DNA of 64,000 nt from a virus, in IMG/VR virus record IMGVR_UViG_3300029913_000003, positions 128,001 to 192,000 of that record, one strand, 5' to 3'. This document shows positions 8,696-19,414 of the stretch, one piece after another; position 1 is the stretch's first letter, and each line of letters begins with the position of its first letter. Below the pieces are notes generated by a model. That model was not told the DNA's origin. It was given only the letters and a program-made list of their open reading frames with translations, and did not search any database. The position numbers and the translations under genes are program-made.

Positions 8696-10648
8696 TTAAA
8701 ATTCAAATTCTAATAAATCAATAAATTTTTTACCATTTTTAGTTTTAATATCATTTATTGTTATTTTTGATGATATAAGTTGACAGTAATATGTTAATGC
8801 ATTTTTTACATCAATTAAATTTGCACAAGGAGTTTTAATATCAGAAATAACAACATAATCTTCAATATATGATGCAAGAAAATTTGTTTCTACTTTTGAT
8901 TTTTTAGATAATACTAAATTTTTATCTTTATCTAAATATATTGTTATGATATTATTATTTAATTCTATATAACCTTCATTCGGTGTATTATGTACAATTT
9001 TTAATGAAAAATCATTTGTATGTGATGAATCATTTTGATCACTATATGATGAAGCTTGTTCTTTTATACCATTTTTAAAATTAAATTTATTTTTCTTAAT
9101 TACATGTTTACATGGAGGAACATTATATTTATTTTTTAAATATGAAAGATGAAGTTTGATGTGTTTTATTTCTGTATAAATTATAAAATTATAATTATGA
9201 TATCCACATGATCTACCTGCAAAACTTTGAACAATAAAACTTGTTCTATATGTAGAATCATTAACTGTAGTTCTATCAAATAACATTACAATATTTTCTT
9301 TCTCTAATTGATATGATTGCTTCATTTTCTCCTTAATAAATATTATGGTAGGAGCATCTGGTGCATTTTTTAATACATCATTAATAACTTCTTTATCTTT
9401 CTCATAATATGTCAAAGTTTTAAATCCATCAGGTATTAGATTATTTGTATTTGTATTTTTATTTATTCTAACAATATAATATCCTATTTTATTATTAAAG
9501 CTTTCTGCTTCATTTATAAAATGTTTTTCACCTTCTGTTGTTGATAAATCAAATGATTCTCTTAAAAAATTATTTTTTAAAAAATATTCTAAGCCTTTGT
9601 AATTAGGTCCGTGAGATAATTCAATAGTGTTCTTTCTTTTATATAAAATATTACCAACATGTTCTTCATACGGAGTTGCTGATATAGAAAATAAGAAAAT
9701 ATTTTTTTTTGATAAATCAGTTGAACCATTTAAATTTATACCATTTTTTTGAAGATAACTATTCATAGCACTATCAACATTTGATGCTAAATGAGCTTCA
9801 TCAATAAATATAATACAATTATTTAAATCACCTACTTTATTTTTTCTTGACCAACGAATTAAATCTGGATTATGCATAATACCATTCCTCTTTAATATTT
9901 TTTGATCATCTTGCCGACACTCTCCATGAGATATGTCAGTTTTTAATTGTTCTTTATTTGAATTATCACACATTGGAGTTATTAATACACTACTTCTAAA
10001 TTTCAAATTTAGATATTCTCTTAATTCTTGATAAGTTTCTAATAAATATATTATATTACGTACAACACCAGTTTTACCTGCTTGAGTTTCTGCAGTTAAC
10101 ATATTATACCTACTATGTTTTGAATTAAGTTTTGATGATAACATATTATATATGCAACTTAATGATGCAAAAATCTGATCATCAAATACGTGTGATTTAT
10201 CATTAATATTATCAGTTCTATTTAATTTTTCTAATTTGATGCCAGTTAGACGATATATTTCAGAAATCAATTTATTAATACGAAATTTTATACTATGAGC
10301 TAAATTAGTATTTGCTGGAATAGTTGTGGTGGTGGTAGTTGTTTTACTATTACTATTAGCAGATTTTATTAATTGGTGTTTTTTATTATATACAATATCT
10401 TTTAGATTTTCAATATCATATTTAGTACATTTATCATTTTTAATTCTAATATCTATTAATTTATTAATTGCAATAAGTGCTTTTTTTCGATTAGTATTCC
10501 ATTTCTTACTATATAAAGCATCAACTAATTGATCATTGCTATAACGACTAAAATCAAATTTTCTTACGTATGGTTTATTATTTTTAGTAAGTTGACCATT
10601 AATTAAATTTCTTTTAGCTTTAACACTAATAATGTTATTATTTACCAT
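8696..10648 (-). CDS. SF2 DEAH-box helicase downstream of cas3, possibly a CRISPR accessory
   Basis: Motif I TAETQAGKTGVV, motif II IIFIDEAH, motif III FSISAT, and a motif VI-like QSFAGRSCG. There is also a poly-Thr linker. Confidence 0.55.
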   Translation of the reverse strand: MVNNNIISVKAKRNLINGQLTKNNKPYVRKFDFSRYSNDQLVDALYSKKWNTNRKKALIAINKLIDIRIKNDKCTKYDIENLKDIVYNKKHQLIKSANSNSKTTTTTTTIPANTNLAHSIKFRINKLISEIYRLTGIKLEKLNRTDNINDKSHVFDDQIFASLSCIYNMLSSKLNSKHSRYNMLTAETQAGKTGVVRNIIYLLETYQELREYLNLKFRSSVLITPMCDNSNKEQLKTDISHGECRQDDQKILKRNGIMHNPDLIRWSRKNKVGDLNNCIIFIDEAHLASNVDSAMNSYLQKNGINLNGSTDLSKKNIFLFSISATPYEEHVGNILYKRKNTIELSHGPNYKGLEYFLKNNFLRESFDLSTTEGEKHFINEAESFNNKIGYYIVRINKNTNTNNLIPDGFKTLTYYEKDKEVINDVLKNAPDAPTIIFIKEKMKQSYQLEKENIVMLFDRTTVNDSTYRTSFIVQSFAGRSCGYHNYNFIIYTEIKHIKLHLSYLKNKYNVPPCKHVIKKNKFNFKNGIKEQASSYSDQNDSSHTNDFSLKIVHNTPNEGYIELNNNIITIYLDKDKNLVLSKKSKVETNFLASYIEDYVVISDIKTPCANLIDVKNALTYYCQLISSKITINDIKTKNGKKFIDLLEFEF

Positions 10649-10740
10649 GGTTATATATTTTAATTACAGACAAATATAAGGATAATATTTGAAACAAACA
10701 AAAAAAGAAAGTATTTTTAACCTTCTTTTTTAAAATTTAA

Positions 10741-13038
10741 TTATATTAAATTATCGTAAATATCATTTTTTACTAATCCTAATTTTTCACAATAAACTTT
10801 ATCAAATGCAATATATGGGGTTTCTTTTTTCCTGGCATAATCTTTAAGTATAGGTAAAGTATATTGATTATTTTTAAATAACGAATATTTATTATAAAAA
10901 AATCTATCATCCTTAATTTTTATAATATTCTTTATTATTCTCTTAATTTTACTATCTAAACCTGTTATTGGTTCAGATTTTTTAATATCTCGATTAAAAT
11001 CTACACTAAATGAGTCCGTCATTTGTCTTTTTTTTGCATATTTATATATACAATATATATCTCCTCCACTTCTTAATTTAGTATTATTATTTTTAATTGT
11101 ATTGTTTTTAGATTTCTCCATCATCTTATACGGTTCAATTTTACATAAATTTAATAAACTTGTTTTTAGTTTAGATGTGATAAACTTTTTTAAATTTTCA
11201 TTATTTTCATTATTAAACATATTATAATATTCATATAATTCATTTATTGAATATAAATTTCCGTTAATAATATGTTTTTTAATAAATGAAATCCATAATT
11301 TATTTAATTCTAAATCATATTGATTTGATATACTAGTGTTTTCTGAGTTTCTAAATTCACTTTTATTTTCATTAAAAAATAAATTTATTTTTGGAGTTTT
11401 ATTTTTTTTATAATAAAAATGTCCCCACCTATCACATCGACCTATTCTTTGTAAAGTAGTTTCTGGAGACATCACACTATCTGTTAAATTTAAAAATGAT
11501 ATATCCATAGATGCTTGTAAAATAGGTGCTGATATAATACTATCTTTATTCAAAATATTTTTATTTTCTTTGCCATATAAATGAATAATTTTATTCATTA
11601 TTTTTTCTTTATCAGAATCTATATATCTACTATGTATTAAAATATCGCCTTTTTTATAACAATATAATCTTTGAGAATTTGAAATAGAATTCATAATAAC
11701 AACTGAATCTTTTTCATTAGTTATTGTATCAATATCATCAATATAATTAATCAAATATTTACCATTATGTGCAGATGTATAATGAGAATTTTTATTTGGT
11801 AAAATTTTAGTTTTTTTATCTATATTTGTTCCATCCCATAAATATTCCATTATAGTTTGTGTAGCACTTAATAATAATGTGTGACTATTTGTTAACATAT
11901 GTCTAGATTTCATGATATTAATAAAACATGCAAATAGTGCATCATCTTTAATTAATTCATGATATTCATCAAAAATCACATCACAATAATTAATAACAAA
12001 TAATCTATTTCTAATAGAATTATTCACATTAGGAGATAAATAATTATCTATATTAGTTATTATAATATCAGATGTAAATTCTTTAGTGTTTTCATTATTT
12101 GTTTTCTGTCTATTACCTGTTAAATATAACTCAACTGATAATTCAACTGATATATTTTTTAATTCTTGTAAAACAGAATTATATACATTTTCAGCAATAA
12201 TATTTCTAGGGCATACCCATATTAATTTTTTATTAGATTTTAATGACCATAATAACCCCAATAATGTTTTACCAAAACCGGCTGGGGCTTTCATTATTGT
12301 AGTTCGATTATTTAATGATTGATTTGCGTAATCAACTTGAGAATCAAAACGAATAGAATCATAATTAATAGGTTTGCTATATACTTTAGTATCTTTATAT
12401 GATAAATTGTTTATTAATTCTTCACAATAATCATCATCATACAATATTTTTTCTTGATCTGATGCTGATACAAGTCTATCAGCAGTTATAACACAAGATC
12501 TTACTAATGAATTTTTAGAATTTGTTAAACTATTTGGTTCATTTAAATAATATAATGGAGTATTGATAGATTTTTCAAAATTTATATCTTCAAATAATAT
12601 ATTTTCATTCATTAAAAAATTATACATTGATAAAATATTTTTTTTATCATCATCACACATATCACTTAAAATTAATGATATATTATCATTACTTATATAA
12701 TTTATTTTTGGTTTAGAATGATGCCAATATATTGAATCTAAAGAATATCTATATTCATCATTATTTAAAATACATGACACAAATGCCCAACTTATTTCAT
12801 GATGAAATATTGGAGAATTAATAAAAGAAATTGTTTTACTTTTTGATTTTATATAATTTTGAAAATCTAAATTACATTTACCTAAATCATGCAATAAACA
12901 AGCTATTGAAATTTGTTTTTCAAGGTCTTCATTTAATGATAACTTTTTTGATAACATCATTCCTATTTTTTTAACTGCTTTTGAATGAGTTATTAATGAT
13001 ATTCCACTACTATTTGATACAATTTCTTCTAATTTCAT
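10741..13038 (-). CDS. cas3: Cas3 with an HD nuclease fused to an SF2 helicase
   Basis: HD motif LLHDLGK near the N-terminus, with further His-containing segments (FHHEISW, WHHSKP) and ITADRLVSASD. Walker A APAGFGKT, DExH VIFDEYHE, SAT LLSAT, and motif VI QRIGRCDR. It sits beside the CRISPR array. Confidence 0.8.
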   Translation of the reverse strand: MKLEEIVSNSSGISLITHSKAVKKIGMMLSKKLSLNEDLEKQISIACLLHDLGKCNLDFQNYIKSKSKTISFINSPIFHHEISWAFVSCILNNDEYRYSLDSIYWHHSKPKINYISNDNISLILSDMCDDDKKNILSMYNFLMNENILFEDINFEKSINTPLYYLNEPNSLTNSKNSLVRSCVITADRLVSASDQEKILYDDDYCEELINNLSYKDTKVYSKPINYDSIRFDSQVDYANQSLNNRTTIMKAPAGFGKTLLGLLWSLKSNKKLIWVCPRNIIAENVYNSVLQELKNISVELSVELYLTGNRQKTNNENTKEFTSDIIITNIDNYLSPNVNNSIRNRLFVINYCDVIFDEYHELIKDDALFACFINIMKSRHMLTNSHTLLLSATQTIMEYLWDGTNIDKKTKILPNKNSHYTSAHNGKYLINYIDDIDTITNEKDSVVIMNSISNSQRLYCYKKGDILIHSRYIDSDKEKIMNKIIHLYGKENKNILNKDSIISAPILQASMDISFLNLTDSVMSPETTLQRIGRCDRWGHFYYKKNKTPKINLFFNENKSEFRNSENTSISNQYDLELNKLWISFIKKHIINGNLYSINELYEYYNMFNNENNENLKKFITSKLKTSLLNLCKIEPYKMMEKSKNNTIKNNNTKLRSGGDIYCIYKYAKKRQMTDSFSVDFNRDIKKSEPITGLDSKIKRIIKNIIKIKDDRFFYNKYSLFKNNQYTLPILKDYARKKETPYIAFDKVYCEKLGLVKNDIYDNLI

Positions 13039-13157
13039 ATTTTTTATTTTAATTGTGAATAAAAATAATTTTTTAATTATTTATAATATAAATCATAAAT
13101 TTAATTACTGATTTATATAAATATAATAAACACATATTTAAATAGTGTCACTATTTT

Positions 13158-15565
13158 GTTGAGATTCCCTTACGGATTTATATAAATAATATCGAATTCG
13201 ACTTCTGTGCGACCTTGTTCGTCGTTGAGACTCCCTTACGGATTTATATAAATAATATCTTCACTTAATGTAATAAATTCTAAATCATGTTGAGACTCCC
13301 TTACGGATTTATATAAATAATATCTTATCATTTTTTTCAAAAATAGAAAGAGAAGTTGAGATTCCCTTACGGATTTATATAAATAATATCTTATCATTCA
13401 GAATTATTTTTTCTTCTTTAGTTGAGACTCCCTTACGGATTTATATAAATAATATCAACTATAGAAACAATAGAAAGAGATTTATTGTTGAGACTCCCTT
13501 ACAGATTTATATAAATAATATCAATATTTGTCATTTGTTTTTCTTCTATATATGTTGAGACTCCATTACGGATTTATATAAATAATATCTAAACTGTCAT
13601 CTAAATGATCATTTGATTTGTTGAGACTCCCTTACGGATTTATATAAATAATATCATTATCTGAATATGCTGCAAATCATAAACTGTTAAGACTCCTTTA
13701 CGGATTTATATAAATAATATCTGCATACAGAATTCACCGTTGTAATTCATTGTTGAGACTCCATTACGGATTTATATAAATAATATCTTTAACAAGTGTC
13801 TTCCCTCCTTTTCTATAGTTGAGATTCCCTTACGGATTTATATAAATAATATCTAAATACTCTGAATATTCAACTGGTAAGAAGTTGAGATTCCCTTACG
13901 GATTTATATAAATAATATCAAAATCATCTGTGAAAATTGGAGTTACACCGTTGAGACTCCCTTACGGATTTATATAAATAATATCAAATTATTTTATAAC
14001 TGAATATCAATCAATGTTGAGACTCCCTTACGGATTTATATAAATAATATCTGTTGTACCTAAAACTAAAACTGTTTCTCTGTTGAGACTCCCTTACGGA
14101 TTTATATAAATAATATCTAATTCTAATTCTAAATCTGTATAATCACCGTTGAGACTCCCTTACGGATTTATATAAATAATATCTTATTTGAAAATCTTTA
14201 CAAGAAAATCAGGGTTGAGACTCCCTTACGGATTTATATAAATAATATCTTACCAATTAAGAAAAAGAATTGATACCTTGTTAAGACTCCCTTACGGATT
14301 TATATAAATAATATCTTATTAATAGATGTGCTGGCACCACCTTCGTTGAGACTCCCTTACGGATTTATATAAATAATATCTTTTGTATTTGAAATAATAT
14401 CACTTCCTTTGTTGAGACTCCCTTACGGATTTATATAAATAATATCTTATATTACTATATTTATTAAATATGATAAGTTGAGACTCCCTTACGGATTTAT
14501 ATAAATAATATCTGAATCACTTTTTGTTTTACGTAGTAATTCGTTGAGACTCCCTTACGGATTTATATAAATAATATCATCAAGAACTTCGGTTGCCTTT
14601 AATTCATTGTTGAGACTCCCTTACGGATTTATATAAATAATATCCTATAACCTCCCTATTTTTTTCATCAACTGTTGAGACTCCCTTACGGATTTATATA
14701 AATAATATCATATAATCACTTCTTTTCCTGCTCTGCTTTGTTGAGACTCCCTTACGGATTTATATAAATAATATCATTGCACTAAAAATGTCATTAATAG
14801 GGTTCGTTGAGACTCCCTTACGGATTTATATAAATAATATCGCACTTTTCCCATTTTTTCTGGCTACACTTGTTGAGACTCCCTTACGGATTTATATAAA
14901 TAATATCATTTCTTCTTTGAATGATTTGTAGAAATATGTTGAGACTCCCTTACGGATTTATATAAATAATATCTAGCGTATTTGATTCTAATAAGCAATA
15001 TGTGTTGAGACTCCCTTACGGATTTATATAAATAATATCACCGATTAACTCTTTTCTTAATTGACTATAGTTGAGACTCCCTTACGGATTTATATAAATA
15101 ATATCTAGCGTATTTAATGTAAATAAGCAATATGTGTTGAGACTCCCTTACGGATTTATATAAATAATATCAAAAGCGAATTCAACATTGACTGACGCTC
15201 GTTGAGACTCCCTTACGGATTTATATAAATAATATCGACAAATTAAATACATATATATAACATATGTTGAGACTCCCTTACGGATTTATATAAATAATAT
15301 CTGATATAATTGAAAGTCAATCATTTTATTTGTTGAGACTCCCTTACGGATTTATATAAATAATATCCTGTTATGTTAGAATAAGTAATTGCACTATGTT
15401 GAGACTCCCTTACGGATTTATATAAATAATATCAAATCTATTTAAAGAGATTGAACAGCTAGAGTTGAGACTCCCTTACGGATTTATATAAATAATATCT
15501 AGCAGAACAGGATAGACATCAATTCATTGGTTGAGACTCCCTTACGGATTTATATAAATAATATC
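13158..15565 (-). CRISPR. CRISPR array with 37 copies of a 36-bp repeat and 36 spacers of 29-31 bp
   Basis: Repeat GTTGAGACTCCCTTACGGATTTATATAAATAATATC with a 66-bp period. A few variants occur, such as GATTCCC, CCATTACGG and GTTAAGACTCCTTTACGG. The strand is inferred from the flanking cas genes and from the variant terminal repeat lying at the 13158 end. Confidence 0.97.
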
Positions 15566-15666
15566 AGGATATTTATAATTAATTGATATTGAGTTATTTA
15601 TAGTATATATTAATAAATAAAAATGAGTTATTAATATACGTATATCATTATATTTATTCATTTTTA
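15566..15666 (-). promoter_or_regulatory. putative CRISPR leader
   Basis: AT-rich 101-bp gap between the cas6 stop and the consensus terminal repeat at 15530. The first repeat at 13158 is a variant, so the leader is placed at this end. Confidence 0.4.
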
Positions 15667-16371
15667 TCATACTAATTTATATTTATCTTTATTTTCTGTT
15701 TTATAAATTGTACCAAATCCAGAACCAGTTGATTGTCCTATACCTAAATTATAAATTTTTTCTGCCACATCAGATGAACAAAATATACTAATGTGACATT
15801 GATTAGCTTCATTTTTGACATTTTTAACCATTATTTTCTTTACTTTATGTGAAGGATGATTTATTATTTTAACATCAAAATCTTTTAAATTAATACCGTT
15901 ATAAATTTTACTCAATTTTTTTATAATATGGTTTTTTACAATATATACGAAATCAGAATCATTTAAAGTTGAATAAGTATATTTCTTTTTATTAATATGC
16001 TTTCTAATAATAAATGGAGATAATGTTGCGAAATGATTCCATCCATTTATAAATTTTTCAAAGATAAAATTAATTTTATTAAATTTCATTCCCCAATTTA
16101 AATCTTGATTAGACATCACTCCACTTATTAAATCATTCAAAAATTCTTCATTTTTTGAAGTTACTACAATAATTCCTCCATTCTTAAATGATAAATGTAA
16201 CTTATCTTCAGTTAGGTTTCCACCATATAAAGATGATATAGAGTAATCATTTTTAGAATCATGATATTTATTATTAACTCCAAGACATTTGTGTATATAA
16301 TAATTAATATATGATTGATTCTTAATCGGTACCAATGTTTTATTTTCTGTAAATTCAATTTTTATTCTCAT
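15667..16371 (-). CDS. cas6: Cas6 crRNA endoribonuclease
   Basis: N-terminus MRIKIEF and the C-terminal glycine-rich loop LGIGQSTGSGFGTIY typical of Cas6. It is immediately adjacent to the array. Confidence 0.65.
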   Translation of the reverse strand: MRIKIEFTENKTLVPIKNQSYINYYIHKCLGVNNKYHDSKNDYSISSLYGGNLTEDKLHLSFKNGGIIVVTSKNEEFLNDLISGVMSNQDLNWGMKFNKINFIFEKFINGWNHFATLSPFIIRKHINKKKYTYSTLNDSDFVYIVKNHIIKKLSKIYNGINLKDFDVKIINHPSHKVKKIMVKNVKNEANQCHISIFCSSDVAEKIYNLGIGQSTGSGFGTIYKTENKDKYKLV

Positions 16372-17254
16372 ATTCTTCTAATTTATTAATATTAATATAA
16401 CTATCTAAATCATTTTCAATCATTTCATCTTCATTTATCAAATCTTCTATCCAAACAAATCCTCCATCTAATAACGTTGCACAACCTTTTGAATTTTTAA
16501 TTTTGTCAACATATTCTGATGTTAAAGGAATTATTATAGAACCACTAATTTTTGTAATATTATCAATTCCTCTAATATTTGTTAATGTAGTTTTTGGATT
16601 TTGACCAATTGTTATTGCTGATTGATTTACAATACCAATAAGAAGATTTGCAATTGGAGTTTTATTATTTTTAACTAATTTTTTACAAAAAATTGTAAAA
16701 TCAGAATTATCATTATATTGTTTAATGAAATTTGCAAATTTTATTTTGCTATTATTTTTTATTTCATTATTAATATCTATAACTAATTTAGAACTACTAT
16801 AATATGTAATAATCTCTTTTATTATATACATTGCAGGTTTTGATTTAACATCATAACCTAATATATTATTAAATAAATTAATCATTTCTATAAATAGATC
16901 AGTAGTTAAATAACATTCTAGATTTTCCCAATAAATAAAACTTCTTTTTTTATCTCTATAGCTATCATAAGCAAATTTATTTGTTTGTATAAACTCATTC
17001 ATATAACACATTTTACCACTAGATTTATTTAAAAATCTTGTTGTATCTATTTTTATATAAGCTAAATTAGCTATATTAAATATATCTGATATAGGTTTAA
17101 TTAATGTATCTCTATATGTTGGACTTGGACGTTCACCCATTAAAACATGCAGCATGTTACTTATTTGATGAACACTTATACTAGGTTTTTGATTATTAGT
17201 TGCTTTTTCAAAAAATCCAGCATCTTTAAATGACAATTTTAAAAAATATTCCAT
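16355..17254 (-). CDS. putative Cascade subunit, Cas5- or Cas8-like; no family motif seen
   Basis: Sits between the Cas7-like and cas6 genes and overlaps cas6 by 17 nt. The call rests on position and size only. Confidence 0.3.
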   Translation of the reverse strand: MEYFLKLSFKDAGFFEKATNNQKPSISVHQISNMLHVLMGERPSPTYRDTLIKPISDIFNIANLAYIKIDTTRFLNKSSGKMCYMNEFIQTNKFAYDSYRDKKRSFIYWENLECYLTTDLFIEMINLFNNILGYDVKSKPAMYIIKEIITYYSSSKLVIDINNEIKNNSKIKFANFIKQYNDNSDFTIFCKKLVKNNKTPIANLLIGIVNQSAITIGQNPKTTLTNIRGIDNITKISGSIIIPLTSEYVDKIKNSKGCATLLDGGFVWIEDLINEDEMIENDLDSYININKLEEYENKN

Positions 17255-17264
17255 ATTATTAGAA

Positions 17265-18338
17265 TTATTTAGCTTCTTTTTGAGATTTTAATTTAGCTTC
17301 TTTTTTTTCTTTTTTATCATCTTTAGCTTTCAATTTAGCATCTATTCTTTTTTTAATTATAATAGATCTCTTATCTGACAATTCTATATCTAAAGTTTTT
17401 GCATTTTCAAAATCATATTCAGTATAAAAATTTTCATTTTCAAAATTTAAATTATCTATAACATCTTTTGTTAATTCAATCCATCCATCAGAATTATTTT
17501 TTTTATCATTAAATACGTCATATACTAATTTAATTTTAAGTTTAGACGTAACAACACTAGATCCAGATTTATAAATATTCATTTTTAGCATTTTATATAA
17601 TAGATTTTTTGTTAGTTCAACAACATCTGTATTGGATAATAAAAAACCATATTCTGGTAATTCAACAACACTATTTGTAATCCTATAATATTTTAATTCC
17701 GAATTAAATGATGGTAATCTTTTTTTCAATAATTCTGAATATAAAGGAAATAAATCTGGATTGAATGCTAATCGATCTAAATTTTTAGAACAACTAATAA
17801 ATTGCATTTGCATTAAATCAATATTACCATCAGTCTCATATGTTATATCTCCTACAGTTTCTTTGTTAAATAATGAAGTATCACTTATTTTTTCACCACT
17901 AACTGTCATAAGTTCTATTTTTGATTTACAATTATTTGTTTGTTCAGCGTCAATTATACATAAAACACTTTTTCTTCTAATTGTTTTATCAATCTCATCT
18001 TCATTCAATGCAAATAAATGACCTCTATTTATAATTGCAGGAGAAGCCAACATTGACACAAGTAAATAATTATTATGCAATATATTTGGAGATTGAAATG
18101 GAATATCATCAATAAAAATATTATGTCTTAAACAATTACTAGAAATTTTTATTTTATAATCATATTCACCATTACTTTTCTGATATATATTTTTTTTTGC
18201 AAATATTAAATTATTATCAGTTTCATACTTTCCACCACTAATTTCATTCCATATCCATTTTTGTCCATTACTATCACAGTTAACAACACCATTACCTTCT
18301 AATTCCATTTTAAATAAAATGTTCTTTACTTTTTTCAT
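17265..18338 (-). CDS. putative Cas7-like backbone subunit with a Lys-rich C-terminal tail
   Basis: N-terminus FKMELEGNGVVNCDSNG loosely resembles the N-terminal Asn/Gly-rich segment seen in Cas7-family proteins. Position in the operon fits. The tail KAKDDKKEKKEAKLKSQKEAK is atypical. Confidence 0.35.
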   Translation of the reverse strand: MKKVKNILFKMELEGNGVVNCDSNGQKWIWNEISGGKYETDNNLIFAKKNIYQKSNGEYDYKIKISSNCLRHNIFIDDIPFQSPNILHNNYLLVSMLASPAIINRGHLFALNEDEIDKTIRRKSVLCIIDAEQTNNCKSKIELMTVSGEKISDTSLFNKETVGDITYETDGNIDLMQMQFISCSKNLDRLAFNPDLFPLYSELLKKRLPSFNSELKYYRITNSVVELPEYGFLLSNTDVVELTKNLLYKMLKMNIYKSGSSVVTSKLKIKLVYDVFNDKKNNSDGWIELTKDVIDNLNFENENFYTEYDFENAKTLDIELSDKRSIIIKKRIDAKLKAKDDKKEKKEAKLKSQKEAK

Positions 18339-18403
18339 ATTAAATAATTTTAAATTGTTTTTATAAAGTACAAAAGTAAAGTAAATATTTGGTATAACCT
18401 AAT

Positions 18404-18667
18404 TTAATTAAAAATATTATTCAATTTTTTCAATTTAATTTTTCTAATCTCATTTTTTCTATAAAAATAAGTATATAAATATTCTTCATCACGTTTAAAA
18501 GATGAATAAGCATTTTTATCATCAGATATCAAATACTGATAATCATCATCATAATTAATAATAAAATGAACAATATAATATCTATCTTTATGATATATTG
18601 AATATGATGTTGTTAAATCTTTTTTACATAATAACTTATCTCCTACATTAAGATTCTGATTCTTCAT
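18404..18667 (-). CDS. GDKLLCKK/RKIKLEKL family member 1, the one proximal to the cas genes
   Basis: MKNQNLNVGDKLLCKK...YFYRKNEIRKIKLKKL. Confidence 0.55.
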   Translation of the reverse strand: MKNQNLNVGDKLLCKKDLTTSYSIYHKDRYYIVHFIINYDDDYQYLISDDKNAYSSFKRDEEYLYTYFYRKNEIRKIKLKKLNNIFN

Positions 18668-18914
18668 AAATTTTTTCTAATTTAATTTTTCTTTCTTCTT
18701 GTTTAGTATAAAAATGTTCAGACATCTCTTTTATGCTAAATGAAAATGGTAATATTCTATCATTTTCATCATTAAAATAATAACAATATTCATAAGGACC
18801 GTATACTACCATAACAATATAATAATTATCAACATATAAATATTTATTTGCTCCAACTAGAAGATTTTTTTTACATAATAATTTATCTTCATCATTAATA
18901 TCCTGTTTCTTCAT
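18648..18914 (-). CDS. GDKLLCKK/RKIKLEKL family member 2
   Basis: MKKQDINDEDKLLCKK...FYTKQEERKIKLEKIYEESES. Confidence 0.55.
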   Translation of the reverse strand: MKKQDINDEDKLLCKKNLLVGANKYLYVDNYYIVMVVYGPYEYCYYFNDENDRILPFSFSIKEMSEHFYTKQEERKIKLEKIYEESES

Positions 18915-19167
18915 AAAGTTTTTCTAATTTTATTTTTCTCTCCTCTTGTTTAGTATAAAAATGTTCATAAAAAAATCTAACGCTATATCTAAAAGAATAA
19001 TATTTTTTTTTATCAAATTCTATATAATAACAATAATCAGTATTATTGTCAAATAATTTAATATCATAAACAATATAATATTTATTTTTATTAAAACTTG
19101 CATATAATTCATTTAAATTTTTTTTACACAATAACTTATCACCTACATTAAGATTCTGATTCTTCAT
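18895..19167 (-). CDS. GDKLLCKK/RKIKLEKL family member 3
   Basis: Conserved termini with a variable core. Confidence 0.55.
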   Translation of the reverse strand: MKNQNLNVGDKLLCKKNLNELYASFNKNKYYIVYDIKLFDNNTDYCYYIEFDKKKYYSFRYSVRFFYEHFYTKQEERKIKLEKLYEETGY

Positions 19168-19414
19168 AAAGTTTTTCTAATTTAATTTTTCTCTCTTCTT
19201 GTTTAGTATAAAAATGATTTAGTAATTCATTTTTATTTAAAAAATATGGATATATTCCATTAGATTCATTAAATATACAGCAGGCAAAACCTTTAAATGA
19301 ATCATTCAGAATTTTATGATAAATATAATATTTACATTCTATAAAATGTGTACTATAATTAGCTATTAAATCTTTTTTACATAATATTTTATCACCTTCA
19401 TTAAAATTATTCAT
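19148..19414 (-). CDS. GDKLLCKK/RKIKLEKL family member 4
   Basis: MNNFNEGDKILCKK...FYTKQEERKIKLEKLYEESES. Confidence 0.55.
   Translation of the reverse strand: MNNFNEGDKILCKKDLIANYSTHFIECKYYIYHKILNDSFKGFACCIFNESNGIYPYFLNKNELLNHFYTKQEERKIKLEKLYEESES

Noticed and set aside
13158-15565. Type V-A, VI-B or II classification from the 36-bp repeat with 30-bp spacers
   Set aside because: There is no Cas12, Cas13 or Cas9-sized ORF nearby. The repeat lacks the characteristic Cas12a stem and the GTTG...CAAC ends. The flanking genes carry Cas3 and Cas6 hallmarks.
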